From contig JAHRHZ010000086.1 of NCBI GenBank assembly GCA_024137785.1, positions 5,344,677 through 5,408,676 of the forward strand: a DNA stretch of 64,000 nucleotides, in the 5' to 3' direction. The translations under genes were made by a program, and so were the position numbers. Within the stretch, counting starts at the first letter, position 1, and each line of letters opens with the position of its first letter. Positions 35,101 through 50,100 of this stretch are shown one piece after another. The notes beneath the pieces were generated by a model. The model worked only from the letters and a program-made list of their open reading frames with translations, had not been told where the DNA came from and did not search any database. The DNA is from Ginglymostoma cirratum. Lineage: Eukaryota.

Positions 35101-38100
35101 GTGTCTCATCTATGAAGAAAGACTACATAGGTTTGGGTCATTTTCTTTGGAGCAGAAAAGGCCAAGAGGAGCCTGAATGAGATTTGCAAAATTATCAAGG
35201 GGCATCATAGATAGAGGTGATGCGAACAAACTTTTCTTCTTGATAGAGGAGTCAAAAACCAGCCATGGAGATTTAAGGTAAGGGACAAAGGTTTCGGGCA
35301 GAATTAAGCAGAATTGTTTTCACCCAGAGGATAATGGATATCTGGAACTAAACAGGGTGGGAAAAGCAGGATCCATTACAACAGTTAAGTAGCATTTAGA
35401 TAACACTTGAAATACCATAGCATACAAGGCTATGGGCCAAAAATTGGGTCATGGGATTACAGTAGAAATGTACACCATCAACGTGGCCACTATAGGTCGA
35501 AGAAACTTTTTCCAATGCTGTAATACTCTGATTTCATCGTGTAGAGAAAGCAAGGGTTAAGAGGTCCATGTACACAAAATTAATGAAGTAATGCTAATGC
35601 AACTTGTAAATATGTACTCATAAGTATTACTTATTCAGCAAACACTTCAGCAACAAAGGAGATAAAGCACACTAAGCCATCACACTATTGAATATTTTTC
35701 CAAAATGCAAATGGGCACAGCACATATTTATTCCAGCATGGAGGTTCATGGGGAAAAAGCCACAATATAGTTCAGCTTCACAAAACCTCTCAAGCATGAT
35801 GCTGGACCTTCCTGAAAAGGTTAGAAATTAAACCAACCTGGAGGAGACACCACCGAATGCTGTGTGAGATGAGGGGGAGAGTGCTGCTCAGGAGCAGGTG
35901 GCAAATGAGTCTGCAGCTCGCTCTGGTGTGGAAGGTGCATCATGGGCGGTCCAAAGTGTGGCATGGCATCATAGGCATTGGTCAATATCTGCGGCTCCAT
36001 GATCGGAAGAGAAGTAGGTATAAACTGAGGAGGCGACTGTTTCATCGGCTGCGGCTGCTGATGGTGGTGGTGGTTCTACAGAAGAGGGAAGGAAGTTTTC
36101 ATTATAGAATGATGAGTAACGAATACTGTAATCAATGTTATAATGTTACTGGGGTGTTTTTCTTAGGTTCTATTAAGGTATTTCATGCTTTATTTGCCTT
36201 GTGGGGTTTTCTGGAATTGGTTTATTTATTACTTGATTAAACATCAATTATTTTCTTCTCAGCCCTTTCAGTCACCTCATTCAATAGCTAATCACCACAT
36301 ATTTGCTCGCGAGTTTAATACATTCAAAGTAATGAGCTGCTGGTATACTCATGTGCCCCAGATGAGACAACATTCCAAATGTCACTCATCTTCTGGTCTA
36401 ACTTGCAGATATGCACAGTGAATGGGGATTGACAACATGAAGGGACTGTACAATTAAAACTGCATCTCCCAGTTTCTCTGGTGTAACAAATGGCATTACA
36501 CAAATATGCTACTCCAAAAGAATGAGATTGGCAACTTCAAAATAATGTGCATCATGCTTGGAAGTTATTACACTGGAAATGCCAAAGTTCATCTAGAACT
36601 TTGTTTATCTTCGTAAAGCAACTGCAGGAGCTACAATAACTGTCTCACCCAGCATCATGGGCACGAGAGGCAGGGGAAGATTGGGATCAACAGGATTGAT
36701 GCTTCTAATCTAGATCCTTCTGGGAAGGAAGGGGGAGTTGAAATTGTTGGCTCTGCAGTCAAGAGATTAAATGCCATTTCAACACACAAACCACTGATTC
36801 CCATATGACATACCATATAGTCAGTTTTATTCTGTAGGAACCAATGACAAACAATCCACCTCCCACACGATTGCCATTCCAAAAGCAAGAGAGTCTTAAA
36901 CAGCCAACAGCAACATTAACGCAATCTCAGACAGAGGTCCAGCTGCTACCAGCGTCTATGTTTGCCAAAATTCCCTTTAGTGGTTCTGTTGGTTATACAG
37001 ACCCCACCCTTCACAGTCCATAGCAGTCCATCCACACTAACAAAGGAAAACATTACCAGCAGGCAATCAAGCATAGCTTGAGTCAGAGCTTGCAAAATTG
37101 AAACTTTACGGTCAACTTTAAGCTAATGACAGTTCTACAGTGTAAAGAGATTTTACTAGCGATCTACACAGAATCTACTGAAGCGACTCTCAAATTTAAA
37201 TTTTCTGTAGGGAGTATAATGTAGAGTTGATCTGATCACTCGGTTTAGAAATGTTCAAAAGATTCAACTGGGTAGATAAAAACGATTTCCTCTCCACTAC
37301 GAATGAGCAAAGGATTCGAATTTAAAATAGAGCTAGGCCATTTAAAAGGCAATTCAAAGGTACGTTGCCCCTCCACCCCACCCTCAAAGTAGTAGAAATC
37401 TGGAACTTTTCCCTGCCAAAACATTGAGAAACAGAGCCAATGGAATTAGAGACTGAAGTTGGTAAGATTTTTGTTGGTAAGGTATTAAAGAAAACAAGAG
37501 TTGAGGTACAGGTTAACCATAATCTAAGTGAACACAAGAGCAGGCTTCAGGGATAAGTGACCTACTCCTGTGTTCCTTACATGTAAATGTATATTGTTCC
37601 AAGTTAGACTTTTTTGGTGATGTTTAGTTACCAGAGCAAATAAACACAAGGGGAAGAGATATTGGCAGATCTCAAACTTGTTCATTTATAACATTTAGAA
37701 AAGTTGGCAAGCACTGAAATATTATTTTCAAGCACATCACAATTATTTATCAAAACACTTTACGGTTTTCTACACTTTTCAAAGACATTGAACATTAGGC
37801 AAAGAAAGGTACTACTGCAGCATGTTTGTAAGATTTTAAATTTTTGAATTCCTCTAGGCAGATTACAGTAAAAAGGTTCTTTTTAAGATTAATATCTTAT
37901 AGTTCTCCCTTTCTAAACATACAATATTTTCCAGCTTTCTTCTTTATTCCATCCCTCAGCACTATTCCTGCACCGGACCCTGGCTGCAATAAACTGACAC
38001 AAGTCCTTTGATTATATCACTCATGCCCAGCATTGAGGCAAAATGGAAATGACTGGGGGAGACCCAGGCATCAGATTTCCCGGATGCGAAATTACCCCAG

Positions 38101-41100
38101 CTCAGTGCTGCCAAGATTAGCCTGTGGCCAGGAACAAAAGGTAGAGGGGGGAGATTAAATCCTGCACCTTCAGGATGGATATATTTTGGACTTGTGCGAC
38201 TTCCTCTCCATTAAGTTATGTTTTCCTCTCTCCCCTCAAAAGTTACTGAGCACTCCCTTTCTCAACAGGAATTACAAATGGGACAGTTTTCAAACATATC
38301 AGGAAAGCTAACTGCCTGCCTTTTCTCCTGGCTGGCCGTGATAGAAACATTAAAAGATGGGGTATGGGAAGTTTGGGGGGGGGGGGGGGAGCGGAAGAGA
38401 AAGACATGAGGAAGAAGAAACAGAAAATGCAGTTATCGAGACAAACAGCACAGTGCAGTATTTTGCAAGTTTACTTATTTTATGCAGATTTCCAGAAGTA
38501 GCATGTGAAGAGACACCAAAAGCCCCAATCCATCCCAAAAGTAAAATGAGCACATAGTGTCAGCCCAATGTTTATTCCTACCTTCTTCTGCTCCCGTCCA
38601 GAGCGATTCTTGTGGCTGCCATGTTTGGCTTTAGGTGGCATCTCTGCAGAAGAGAGTTGAAATTGAGACGTGCTGGCTGACGGACAACCGCATCTAATCC
38701 ATACTGTACACAAAAGAGCTCCAGCTGACTTTTTTCTCTTTAAACAGCTCCAACAGAGGACCTGCTTACAGCAGATTACAGCAAGAATTGTTTACATCCC
38801 AAAAAAAAGGTATAGAAGCCTCTGTTGTAGAGTAGGAATCTTTCTTTTAAAAAATTAGGGCTAGACATTACATATTTTCCCAATTTCTTTGCATTTTGGC
38901 CTAATTTCATCCACTTGTAGCCACAAGGTAGGCACGTGTCAACTGGTATTATTTGCCTAGTTCAAGGTTCCCCCTCTGGATTGTCCGTCCTTCCATTGGG
39001 GATTGGAATTATTCCTCTATAAATGAATATGCATCCCCAATTCTCCATCAGTGCTGTGCTTAGTTCTACTTTGCATGATAAATCAACTGGTGTCATATAA
39101 AAATATTGACCACAGAAGACTCAACCTTGTAATTAAATTGTAACAACTAATTATATTCTATTAAGATATGTACTGGCTGCACATTAACCTATCCCCTCTG
39201 AGCTCAGGAACTAAACATAAAGGCAATAGTTCTCAAAGAGTCTCACTTTAAGAGTTTACTATCATGCTTTAATTGCTGTCCTCTGCTCCTATAACATTGC
39301 CTTCTTCCCCCATTACAAAGTGACATTAGAAACAGGTTGCCAAGTACTGCTGTTATTAGCTGCATGAATACTGACAATAGGGTTGATGCCTCATTTTCGC
39401 TAGCAAAGAGGTGACATGTCAATCAATAGGCTCCCTTTCTTCAAGGCCTCCCTACCATGAGGCAGCTGTGTTAAGTAAGTATCACGTAGGTAATTGGGTG
39501 TACAAATCCATTTCCTACAATTCTATGGGCTTACTGTCCCATTTTCTATAATCATCGATTGTTCTGTTTCTTGTACGGTTTATCATCTGACAGTTTCAAA
39601 TTCCTCTAAACTGGTTTAAAATGCTTCTTTCAGGTTCAACAGCAGACATCAAATTAAGTCAGCAAACTGTATTTTGTCTGCTCATGAAAAACAATGAATA
39701 TTGTTTTGACCATTGTCCTTCCAACGGCTAATCAGAGGATGAAAAAAATCACAGCACATCTCCTGATGTAATACAATAGGGACAGTAATTCTTGAACAGA
39801 GATTCAATTTAACTAGCGTGTTATTAACAGGATACATGCTGTCTTATGGGTTAAAAGAACTGCAATCAAATCTGTCAAGGATTGTTTTTGACATCAAAAA
39901 GGTGATTTTCAAACTCTCGTTCAACACATTATACAAACAACAACCAGGTCCACAGAGGTTAAAGTTCCACTCAAATGCTTACACCTCTATGCACATGAAC
40001 AGTATTATGGGTTAATGGAGGTTTAATCTCTTTGTTCCTCAAAGCACATCGATTACACACTAAAGTGGATTATTCCATTGTATTATCTTAGAGCAAGGAG
40101 CTAGTTAAATGATTCCAAAGACTTCCCCCAAAGCACTTTACAGAACATTTCAACACAAATACTGCTCCTCATGCTAAAACATTATTAACAAGATGATAAA
40201 CATGTTTTCACCATGGTTGTCCTTACACTGCCATCAAAATTACTTGCTGTTAAAACACAAAACTAGTTTATATTAGCACAGAACACAGTCTGGAAACAAC
40301 ATTGAATTATTTAAGCAAATCCCTGATACATCCTCGTCCCAAATGGACAGCTAAGTCACAAAAGCATTTCTAATCTAGGTCCAACTTTTCTATAACAGCT
40401 TACCTAACATGTTTTTAGAAAAGCGCCGCTCACTACAATATTCTGCATAAGGCAGGGACGACATAAATAGGAATACAGCAATCCTGACCCCAGATTTAAA
40501 AGGATGAAATTCATATTTACAGATGACAAATAGATAGCTTCCCAGTTGGGAGACACCATTGCATCAATGGACAAACTAAAATCTACTCAAACTTGTATTT
40601 AAAACATGCCAAGGTACATAGAACACATTTAGTACCAAAGGGAGAAAAGATCAGACGTGGTCCTAAAGTTTAGTCAAAGAAGTTTGCTTTCAAGGAAGGA
40701 TGAGGGATAGTGTGTTGGATAGCTTAGAAATGGGTGGTTTTCAAGCAGACCCTCACTTCAAAACAGAACATTGAAACATTTTAGACTTTTCACAAAGCAA
40801 ACCAGTTCTTTAAAGGGAACACTATAAAAAGCATATTAATCAAAGTTAAATTTTTGATCAAACTAGTATAGACAGATTAAAAATAATTTGGCACATTGTT
40901 CAGACCTAAAGCCAGAGCCAATTCCAAGAAGTGAGGGACACTTGAGTCGCTATTATTTTTCAAAAAACAAAAAACACTGCAAGATTACTTTGCACAATGT
41001 AAAAAGTCTGGCCTGTTGAATATTTTTCATGTTACATAAATATAAACCTGACAGGTACTTATAAGACACACAGTTTTCTCTCTGTTTTACCTCAATGGGT

Positions 41101-44100
41101 CATTTCTCAATAAGTATCTGCTCAGATTTTGCTTCTTTACCATAGTATCAAACACTGCACATTACCCCAAACTTCAAATTTAATGAAATGCAAAGCAATG
41201 AAGCTTCATCCAGCATCTACTAAACCTGCAATATACAGCAGCTGTTTTATGATTGCACTTACAATAACTAATCATTTTCTGTGTATGCAATCATGATCAC
41301 TGGTCGATAAAATATGCTTTACGTCTACTCTAATATAATACAAAGCATCACACTGAACTGATGATGTGGAGCATCTTGGGATTCATGCGTACTCTTAGCC
41401 AAGAGTGGCTCAGAGTCTATAATTTTCCTCAAAACTGGGGGCAATAAAAGGAATCAACATTATCTGCTTTGTCAGTCATATAGGAAAATGAATCAGTGAG
41501 AAAGCTAGGAAGATGTTAGAATTTGTAATTAATTCATAGTGGAAATCAAATGGCCATATAGCTAAATGTCACAATCACAAGAAGCAATGTCTTTAGAAGA
41601 GTGTTCCTTCATTATCCTCCATTTAGTTTCAAATGTTAATGGACTACTCCTAAAATAATTTTTTTATTGTTAGTCATTGTAATGCACAGCACTTGGACAT
41701 GTTAATCTCTTTTCTAAAGCTGGGATACCTCATACCTGCCTGATAAAACCATTCAGAACACCAAAATTTACTTTGATGTTGCTTATATCTACACAAAAAA
41801 AGCTGTACGGGAGTGATAATAGCAGATATGCAGCTATAATGACTCAACAAGAGTTCTCCTGATTCAATAAAGATGTCCCAAGCAGCACATACTCACTGAA
41901 ATCCAGCAGGTCGAGCCTTCTATTTACCTTCTAAAATAACTGAAGTCACAGAAAAGTAAACCGCTCAGGGTACGCCCTCATTTACATTCTAGTCCTGAAA
42001 TTTCGATGTATAAAATGCATTTGACAATTCCTCAGCTAGAGTTCTTTGTTAACCATTGATGGAGTTCCATGTATAACAGCTAGAACTCAAGAGGATTTAC
42101 TGGTAGCTTAAGCAGAATTAAACACGGCTACTTCAAAAACAGATATTTTTAGGTTCTTGTTTGAAGTGTCTGATCGCTTCACATAGACCAGAAGATTCCT
42201 TGTTAATCATTTCAAAAACTAAACTATTTATCTCTACCTTCCCAAATGTGTGTGTAAATAGCTTTCCTTTTATGTTCTCCTCCTTTTATATAGATTGGAT
42301 CTTTCATTTTGACAGCTGGTGTATAACTGCATGGAGTTTCAGATGAGAGTCGGTGAAAAGACGAAGTAATTTTTCTCACCATTTAACAAACTGTTCCCAC
42401 ATGACCAGCCCACTGTTACTGCATATTTATAATGCGTATTAGTAGTTACTGAAGATTGAAGTGAACACCATTTAACCAATATTTTTAACCAATATCTCAA
42501 GCAACATTGGAAGATGCAGGACAATGAGGCCAAAGGAAAGCATGCTTGAATATCTCCAGTAGATGAAACTGAAAAGTTAAAACTAAATTTGCAAGTAAGG
42601 ACAGAATTATGGGAAGAAAGTACATTATGAAATAAAAACCAAGATGTTAGTATTACTATTAAAAATGCTTACTTGCATTACTTGCATTCAGCATTAGATG
42701 ACTTCATCATTTAAGTATGCCTGCATCATGTAGATGTTTTGGCTTGGCCATGAACATACTGGAATTTCAGCTAAGTTGAATTAACAAACATTCTCAAATT
42801 ACCAAATGTTCTTGCATTATTTAGTCCAACTTGCATCGTTCCTGTCCCAAAGGCGCAGACTCATATTGGAATACAATATGCTCCGACAACACTAACTGCA
42901 ATTTTAGCATGAAGCATACGACATTTTTTCAAATTATAGTGAGGGAAGTTGCGAGTGAAAGCAGGGTCTAATTGATGCTGTAAATGGCATCAACAACTTT
43001 GTGAGTAGGGAGAGACACAAGGAGGCAAGGGAAGGCAGTGGGGGGGGGATGGAGACGGGTAAACGGGAGAGGTTGGGAGACGGGGGTGGGGGGAGACAAC
43101 CCAAGCAGGGTGAGCAGGGGGATAGAAAAGCAAGAGGGGGAGGGAAGGAAGAACAGCAGTGAGGGGGAACAAACAGTGTATAGATCGGAGATAAGGGAGA
43201 GCGTGAGATGAGAGGGATGCAAGCGAAGAGAATAAAAGTAAATCAAGGGAGATAACTGGCCTGACTGTTATATACGTTACCTGTTCGTCCTGTACAGAGT
43301 TCAGAGTGTACCTGTTATAATTGCAACTGTCACCAATCAACTTCCATAAATCAATAAACCACTTTCTACGTACCAAGAGAAGGCATCAAGGGGAGCTTGT
43401 GGTGCAAATGGTAGTGTCCCTACCTCTTGAGCCAGCAGACCCAGGCTCAAATCCCACCTGCTCCAGGTGAGGGTAGTAACATCTGAACAAGGTTGATTAG
43501 AAAAATAGGCGAGGCATCCCTGAAAGAGTTAGCACTTCTCCAAGTGTTTAAAGAAATAGCTATTTCAGCATGATCAGATGGCATCCCCAAGAGGAAGCAA
43601 AGTCTTTAGGAATATGAGTGAGACAATAAAGATGGTTTAAACATCCCTTCTGAAGCTCAAATGAAGTGTCATTACCTCGTTTAATCACTGTCAAGTCTCA
43701 ATCATCAAAAAGAGTAATTTGAATTTACTATGGAACAACGTTACCTAGTTCAATAAAGGCTTGAAGGTCAAGATTTTTGATGTTTAGTCACTATTGTAGT
43801 ATCAAAATCACAGTCATTTTACATATAGTAAGGTCCTACTAATAACAATGTAATAACCACCAGGTAATCTGCTTTACTGCTTGTGACTGAAGCATAAATA
43901 TTGATCACAGGATCTTTTATATACATCCATCTGAAGAGCGCAGACTGAATTTGGTTTAATACGTTTGACAATATAGCACCTTTTTAGTGTGTCATCTTAG
44001 ATTTTTGAGCTTAAAGTTTGAGTGGTACTTAAATTAACAATATTCTGACTCGGATGAGTGTGCTACCCACCAAGTTACTGCTGACATCATCACGAATGCT

Positions 44101-47100
44101 AACTTCATGAATTTACAAAGTTGGCCACTGCATCTTATTTTCAGCACTATTTTAGTAAGTTTAAATTTAACACAGAGCTAGTTAAACATGGCAGTTTATA
44201 ATACCCTTACCCAGATTTTTAAAAGCCAGATTTTTTTTAAAATTAATATAAATGCTGGTTTAAGGTCATTGATTTAAGACCATTGATTGTATTAACACTT
44301 CAGAAGTTTAACACTGAAGCCACACTCCAGGAACTCAGCATTCAACCTAGGCTGGCTGACGTTTTGTACTGTATCAAATGGAGGTCTGCATAAAGATGCC
44401 AACCTTCAGATATTTCATTAAATCGATGTCATCTTTATGGGATTACAGCTCCCAAAGTTCTTGTAATCTTGGTTAACGTTGGGTTTGTGGGGGGGGGGGA
44501 ATGCGAAGAGAGAAGGGGGGGGGAAGAGAGGCTGTGAGGGTGTGCGAGAGAGCATGAAGAGAAATCACCAATATTAGAATAATTAATTGCTTGTTCATCT
44601 TCCTACATGTGACACCCAGCTTATTTTAACCTGCTGCCATGTTTGCTTTCTCAGTAAACTGATTAATTTTGTGAACCATCTGAGACACAATAGGGGCTAA
44701 GTCAGCATACCCTCAGTGTGACGTGCCGTCCTCTCTTGGGGACTAATGGTTTCAGAAATAATGGTTTCAGAAATAAATCATCATATTGCTTTTGGACTAC
44801 TGTTTTACTACTTGGTGTCAGGATGGCAGAATCAAAAACCACAGCAGTGGCCAAGGAACAAACAGGCTCATGTGCATTTCTGCCTCCACCAAACAAAATA
44901 CCTGATCCTCCAAAGTTGCATAATAATTTGGTAAGAGGCACAAATCCCCACAGCATGCTGCTTCACCATTTTCACAAATATTTTTACACTAAATAGGAAT
45001 TCAAAAATAATGGTAGCATTTAAGATACACATGCATTTGCTGCTTACAGCATTAGAGATATGTGAAGTTGTGCTGATAGTCCATAAAGTGAGGAAACTCC
45101 AAAAGTCAAATTTCAATTATAAAATCAAGATTTGTACATCTTTGTTTCTAGCAATATTAATTACCCTAGTCCCAACATCAACTCTTCAACATTACAGTTT
45201 CTTTATAATAAAAGTTTTGCAGAACCAACTTGGATTGGTGTTAGATGAACAAGTTGCCCAAATCCCATTCAAATGGTCACATCAGAACAAATAATGGAAT
45301 TTCAGTCATTCAAGGCAAGGTGAAACTAATTCCAACAATTGTCACTTGGTATGGACTGCTTACTAGGGATAGATATATTAAGCTATCGCAAACAGATGGA
45401 CACTGAAATGAGGTCACACAGACAGGTCTTACTGGCTGCAGATTCTATGCTCACATTGGAGACAGCAAGAACTGCAGATGCTGGAGCTATTCATTATGTT
45501 ATGACCTCTCTATTCATAGATCCAACAGGATCTGTTGTGTACTTTTGTTCAAACTTTAGAATAAAATGCAATGGACAGACAATACATCTGCAACTGCGGA
45601 GTGTCTCACCTTGTGTTTGGTAAAGGGCTCGGCTTCAAATTACCTACATTGGATGTATTGTCAACTTACCGGTCTTGATGATCACCTACCCAACGAGGTA
45701 CATCATACTGCTTATAGATTTGTAATGATTTAGTGATCTACATAGCCCCAGACAGTATACAACTGAACCCACCAAGCAAGCACATTCTGGTTTGCAAACT
45801 TGTTTTATTCGAGAACTGATGAAAGGTAGAAAACTATACAAAGTTAAAAAAAAAATACATATATAATTTAACCCCAAATATAAAGTCAACATGCATCAGA
45901 TACATATTCAACTAGAAAAGTAGAAAGCGTAAAAAATATATTTTTATATATTCTACAAAAGCTGCATTTCTGGTAACTATATCCAGTCAATTGTTCATTT
46001 GAGAGGGACATTGATACAGTGAAAATGGCAAATGAATAATGACAAGCCAAATGATCAGCTTAAAATACCACAAGTCCCCACCCCCCACAAACAGAGACAG
46101 AGACAGAGACAATCACGTTAAAGATTATTTGAAATAACTAAGTGGCTATGACCCAAGGCTACAGTTAAGAGGTCTCCAAAAATTCATTCGCCCAAAGTAT
46201 ATTGTTCTGATGCTCAATGAAATCAAGCTTTATTACAAGCTAAATATACATGATATTCAAACACTTCAGAACAGTCACAAATTCAGTCTTTGAAAGATTG
46301 GTTTTGGAGACAGATTGACATCGTAACCAATCTGGACCAGATTTTGGTCATAGCTGGGGAATTCCCCAGCTATGTCTAAAGATCATCTGAAGGAGTCCCA
46401 CATTCCATGCATAGAATGGGATCACTTTTACAGCTGAACATGAGTACTGTGCAGAACACTCATTAAGATTGACCCAAGTGGCTGGAAAGTATTTATAAAA
46501 GATCAGTTAACACTACTCAAGAAAAGACTTCCTACGATGTTGTATTCCAAGCTGCAACGTCCAAGCTGTAATATTCAAGTGTTTTCTGCTCATCAATTGT
46601 TGACCCCAGCTGCACTGCACGATTATGATAAGTATTAGGATCATGACACTTATACTTGAATATCGACAAAGAAACCACCTGAGCAACTTGAAAGAGTATA
46701 TTGGCAAAAGAAAATAAGACTGTACAATGAGTGTGAGCATGCTCTTACATTTGTTTCCAAAATAAGCTGGGCCACACCACTCCGCAGCTTGGTGTGTCAA
46801 AACGCTAAAGCGCAAGAAATTAGGTCTGACCACAATGGTTGGCTACAATGGACAGGATAGGGTAAAGCCCACCAAACTAATGTAGCTCTATCCACAAGAG
46901 CAGCCAGCACCCCATTACCTCAGTACCAAAGCTAAAAACTACTGATTAAAAAAAGTATGGTCCAACATTTGATGCCTACTGGCTGAATTAACATTGACAA
47001 ATCAGGGTACAGCACAGACAAGGTGAAATATAGCCAAATCAATTGTGACCCAGCCTAATCAAAGTATCTCCTACCGTGCTGGTGCAATTGTGCAGTCATA

Positions 47101-50100
47101 TTTATGTCAAGCATGCCTCTACTCTCGGAAAGGAGAGCACAATTTGAGACATGAGTGGGTTTGTACTGCAAATTTATTTCCTTTGAGAATTGTTGAAAAT
47201 TACTTTATACAGCATTCTAACGGCTAACAAAGAAGCTGCTTTGACCTATCTTCCATTGAGGCAGTTTTAAGCTCAGGTCGCCAGAGATGCAAGGAATACT
47301 ATTTTAACATGCTGTGTACCAATTTCAACTATTCCAGTAAAAATGGAATGATTAACGAGATGGACTTGCAACTGGCCATTCACTACCATACTAGCAATAC
47401 AACATCCAAAAAATTCTTGATCAAACATGCTTTCAAACTCCTTCAATTGAACAGATTGGCAAGTGCACTAATTTTGCTTGCAAAATGTCAAAAATCAATG
47501 GAAAAGTAATCTCATGAAATTTTGATTAGTTTCTTTTTCAAAGTTACAACCATATCAAAAGGAAATGGCCATGGGTCAATTGACAGCAGTTTCATAAACT
47601 GGTTGAAACCTGTAAAGAAAAATATAGCAAAGTGGCAGTCCTACTTAGAACTATGTCTTACAGCTGCCTGGAGTTCTCGGGTATGGAGCACAAAATATGG
47701 ACACAATGCAGTGTCAAAAAAGCTTCCCAGTTTAATGATAACTTACTTTAATGAATGCATCTCCTAACAAGAAACAAAATAAACACCTCAATCAAGCTGC
47801 AGGTAGAGCTGACCACAGACTAACAAACTCAAAAGTCTGCAAATTTGATGATAAACAGGATACGGTCTTCTAAGCTTCAGTTGTTAAAACAGCTGTTTTT
47901 ACCAGAAATACAGCTTTCAATCTCATTTTAATAACTGCCAAACACTATGTGTAGACTGTAACTAAGGTTTCTCTTGCATGCAATGCATATTTAAAAAAGC
48001 TACTCCAATCAATCCTTGTGACCCCAAAGTCAAAAGAAAAATACAAAAGTTTAAAAAGCAAAAAACTTCCCCCACAATTACAAAACATGCAAAGTCAAAA
48101 TAAATAGATATACAGTTGCATACAAAAAAACAACAGTTGTGGAACACTGAATTGTTTCATCACAATAAAATTGGCATACATACTCCAGTTTCTTTTCCAA
48201 AAAAATTCACAAATTTCATCTTTTTTTTAGCTTAGAAAAAAATTTCAAACAAAGTAGCCAACGAGTGCTAAAGTTTTGACTGAGGGGCCAGCTATGCCAT
48301 TCCAAAACAGAAGTAAGAGCTCCTGTTCTGCTAAATTTTTTAAAAAGTACTTTTTAAAAATAAAAAAAGTCTGTTGCTTAGGTTTGCCTCACGTCCCAAA
48401 AATTACTTCTGACTAAATACAATGCTTCATTTCCAAAACAAAGGGCTGCAACGAATTGACCAAATCCAAATTGTACTATTCTATAAACACCACAAATCCA
48501 TGCCAATTTAGGTCCTGAAAGACCTCAGCACACAATTCAAATCCACAGCAATCTGAATGCAACCAGGCCCAAGATTTATGCATCTAGATTCAAAGATGTG
48601 CCAGTCACAAACTAAAAAAAAACAAACAGATCAGACCTAAGTTTATTCTGTGACTTCTCTTTTCTTTACAAGGCATCCCCATACCAGGATCTAGCCCCAC
48701 AGTCAAAAGCACCAGTGTAAGCAGAACAGCAATTAAACTGACCATAATGCAAGAGAAAATTCTAACAACTGAATCTTTACTTTAAATTGGTGTGCAATTC
48801 TTTTCATCAAGGTCTGACTGACTCACCAGTTTCAAAATTGTACCAAATCATGCATCTCAGAAATATTGTTCAAATTGTAGCACTTGAGAAAAATGTTCAA
48901 GCATACCTAAATCCAAAGGGTTATGCGCCAAAAACCAACGGCGTTAAATTTTCAACAAAAAAAACTTAACGTGAATGACACCAAGCATCACCAGAATTTA
49001 ATAAGAACTTTATCAAATCAGATGCAGGGTACTTACTGCAGGGTCCTATAACAAGCCATGGAAGATAAACTACAATCAGAGTCCAAAGAAACAAGGACGA
49101 CCAGACCATTATAAATTCTGGCAGATTAGTCACTTTCCCAGAATGTGTCGTGGAGAGGCCCTTTAGTCTAAATGCCAATTAGGCTCAAAGGAAGTACATA
49201 GTTGTGTAACACCCTACTAAGTATTATGAAGTAGGTTGACATCTAAGCATCAACTAGATGCTGTAGGCTTTCCAATCAAGAGAAGCAAAAAAAATGTTGG
49301 GGTCTTGGAGAAAAACAATAGTTTTTGCCATTTCAGACACAGCCAGAAAAGGTACAGTACAGTACAAAACAGTTTTTCATAGAGTTTGTATACAATTCCG
49401 AAATTGTGTCAACTAGAACCTCAAAAAAATTATACAAAGCTGTTTTGCATACACTGCCCCCATCCCTCATTCGAACTCTGACGGACAGCAATGCCAGATT
49501 GTGTGTACAGAGTATTTACAGTTCCTTAATGGTGAACTACTTTTATTTTATAAGTTTGTAACTGGTGGTGGTAGTAGTGATTGGGGCAATAAAGCACATT
49601 GTATTGTTTTTGAGACAATGTACCAATCACATATCAAGTATAAAATGAAGCAATGGATGACAATCCCTTAAATCACTTATCCCTGCAGCTTTCAAACTAT
49701 ATGGTGTTCCTTCATTTGATCACGTGCTCAAACACGCATACATCCACTTTTGATGGATCAAAAGTGAGCATAACTAATAAATGCACAAAAAGGGGAAGAG
49801 ATAGTTAAGAGTGACATTTTCGGTCAAATTCATTCATCACGTGTCAATAAACGGGATTAATCTACAGAACAAAAACCAAGTAACTGCCATTCTACCTGAG
49901 CCAAACTGCATTTAACCTTAATTGAGGCTTTTGTTTCAGAACTTTGTGGGATATTTCAAGGAAAAATTCTAAGCATTGTTCAGAGACTGGCATACGTTCT
50001 CAAACCTCAAGAAATCAACAGCTAAGTGTTATACTGAAGCTTAGGGACAAGTACAAGTACAAGTATTTGCTTATTCTGATCAACTTCTTTCGAGTTTTAA

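Noticed and set aside
33514-36240. Plus-strand ORFs of 79-162 aa
   Set aside because: Antisense shadows of GC-rich brd4 exons.
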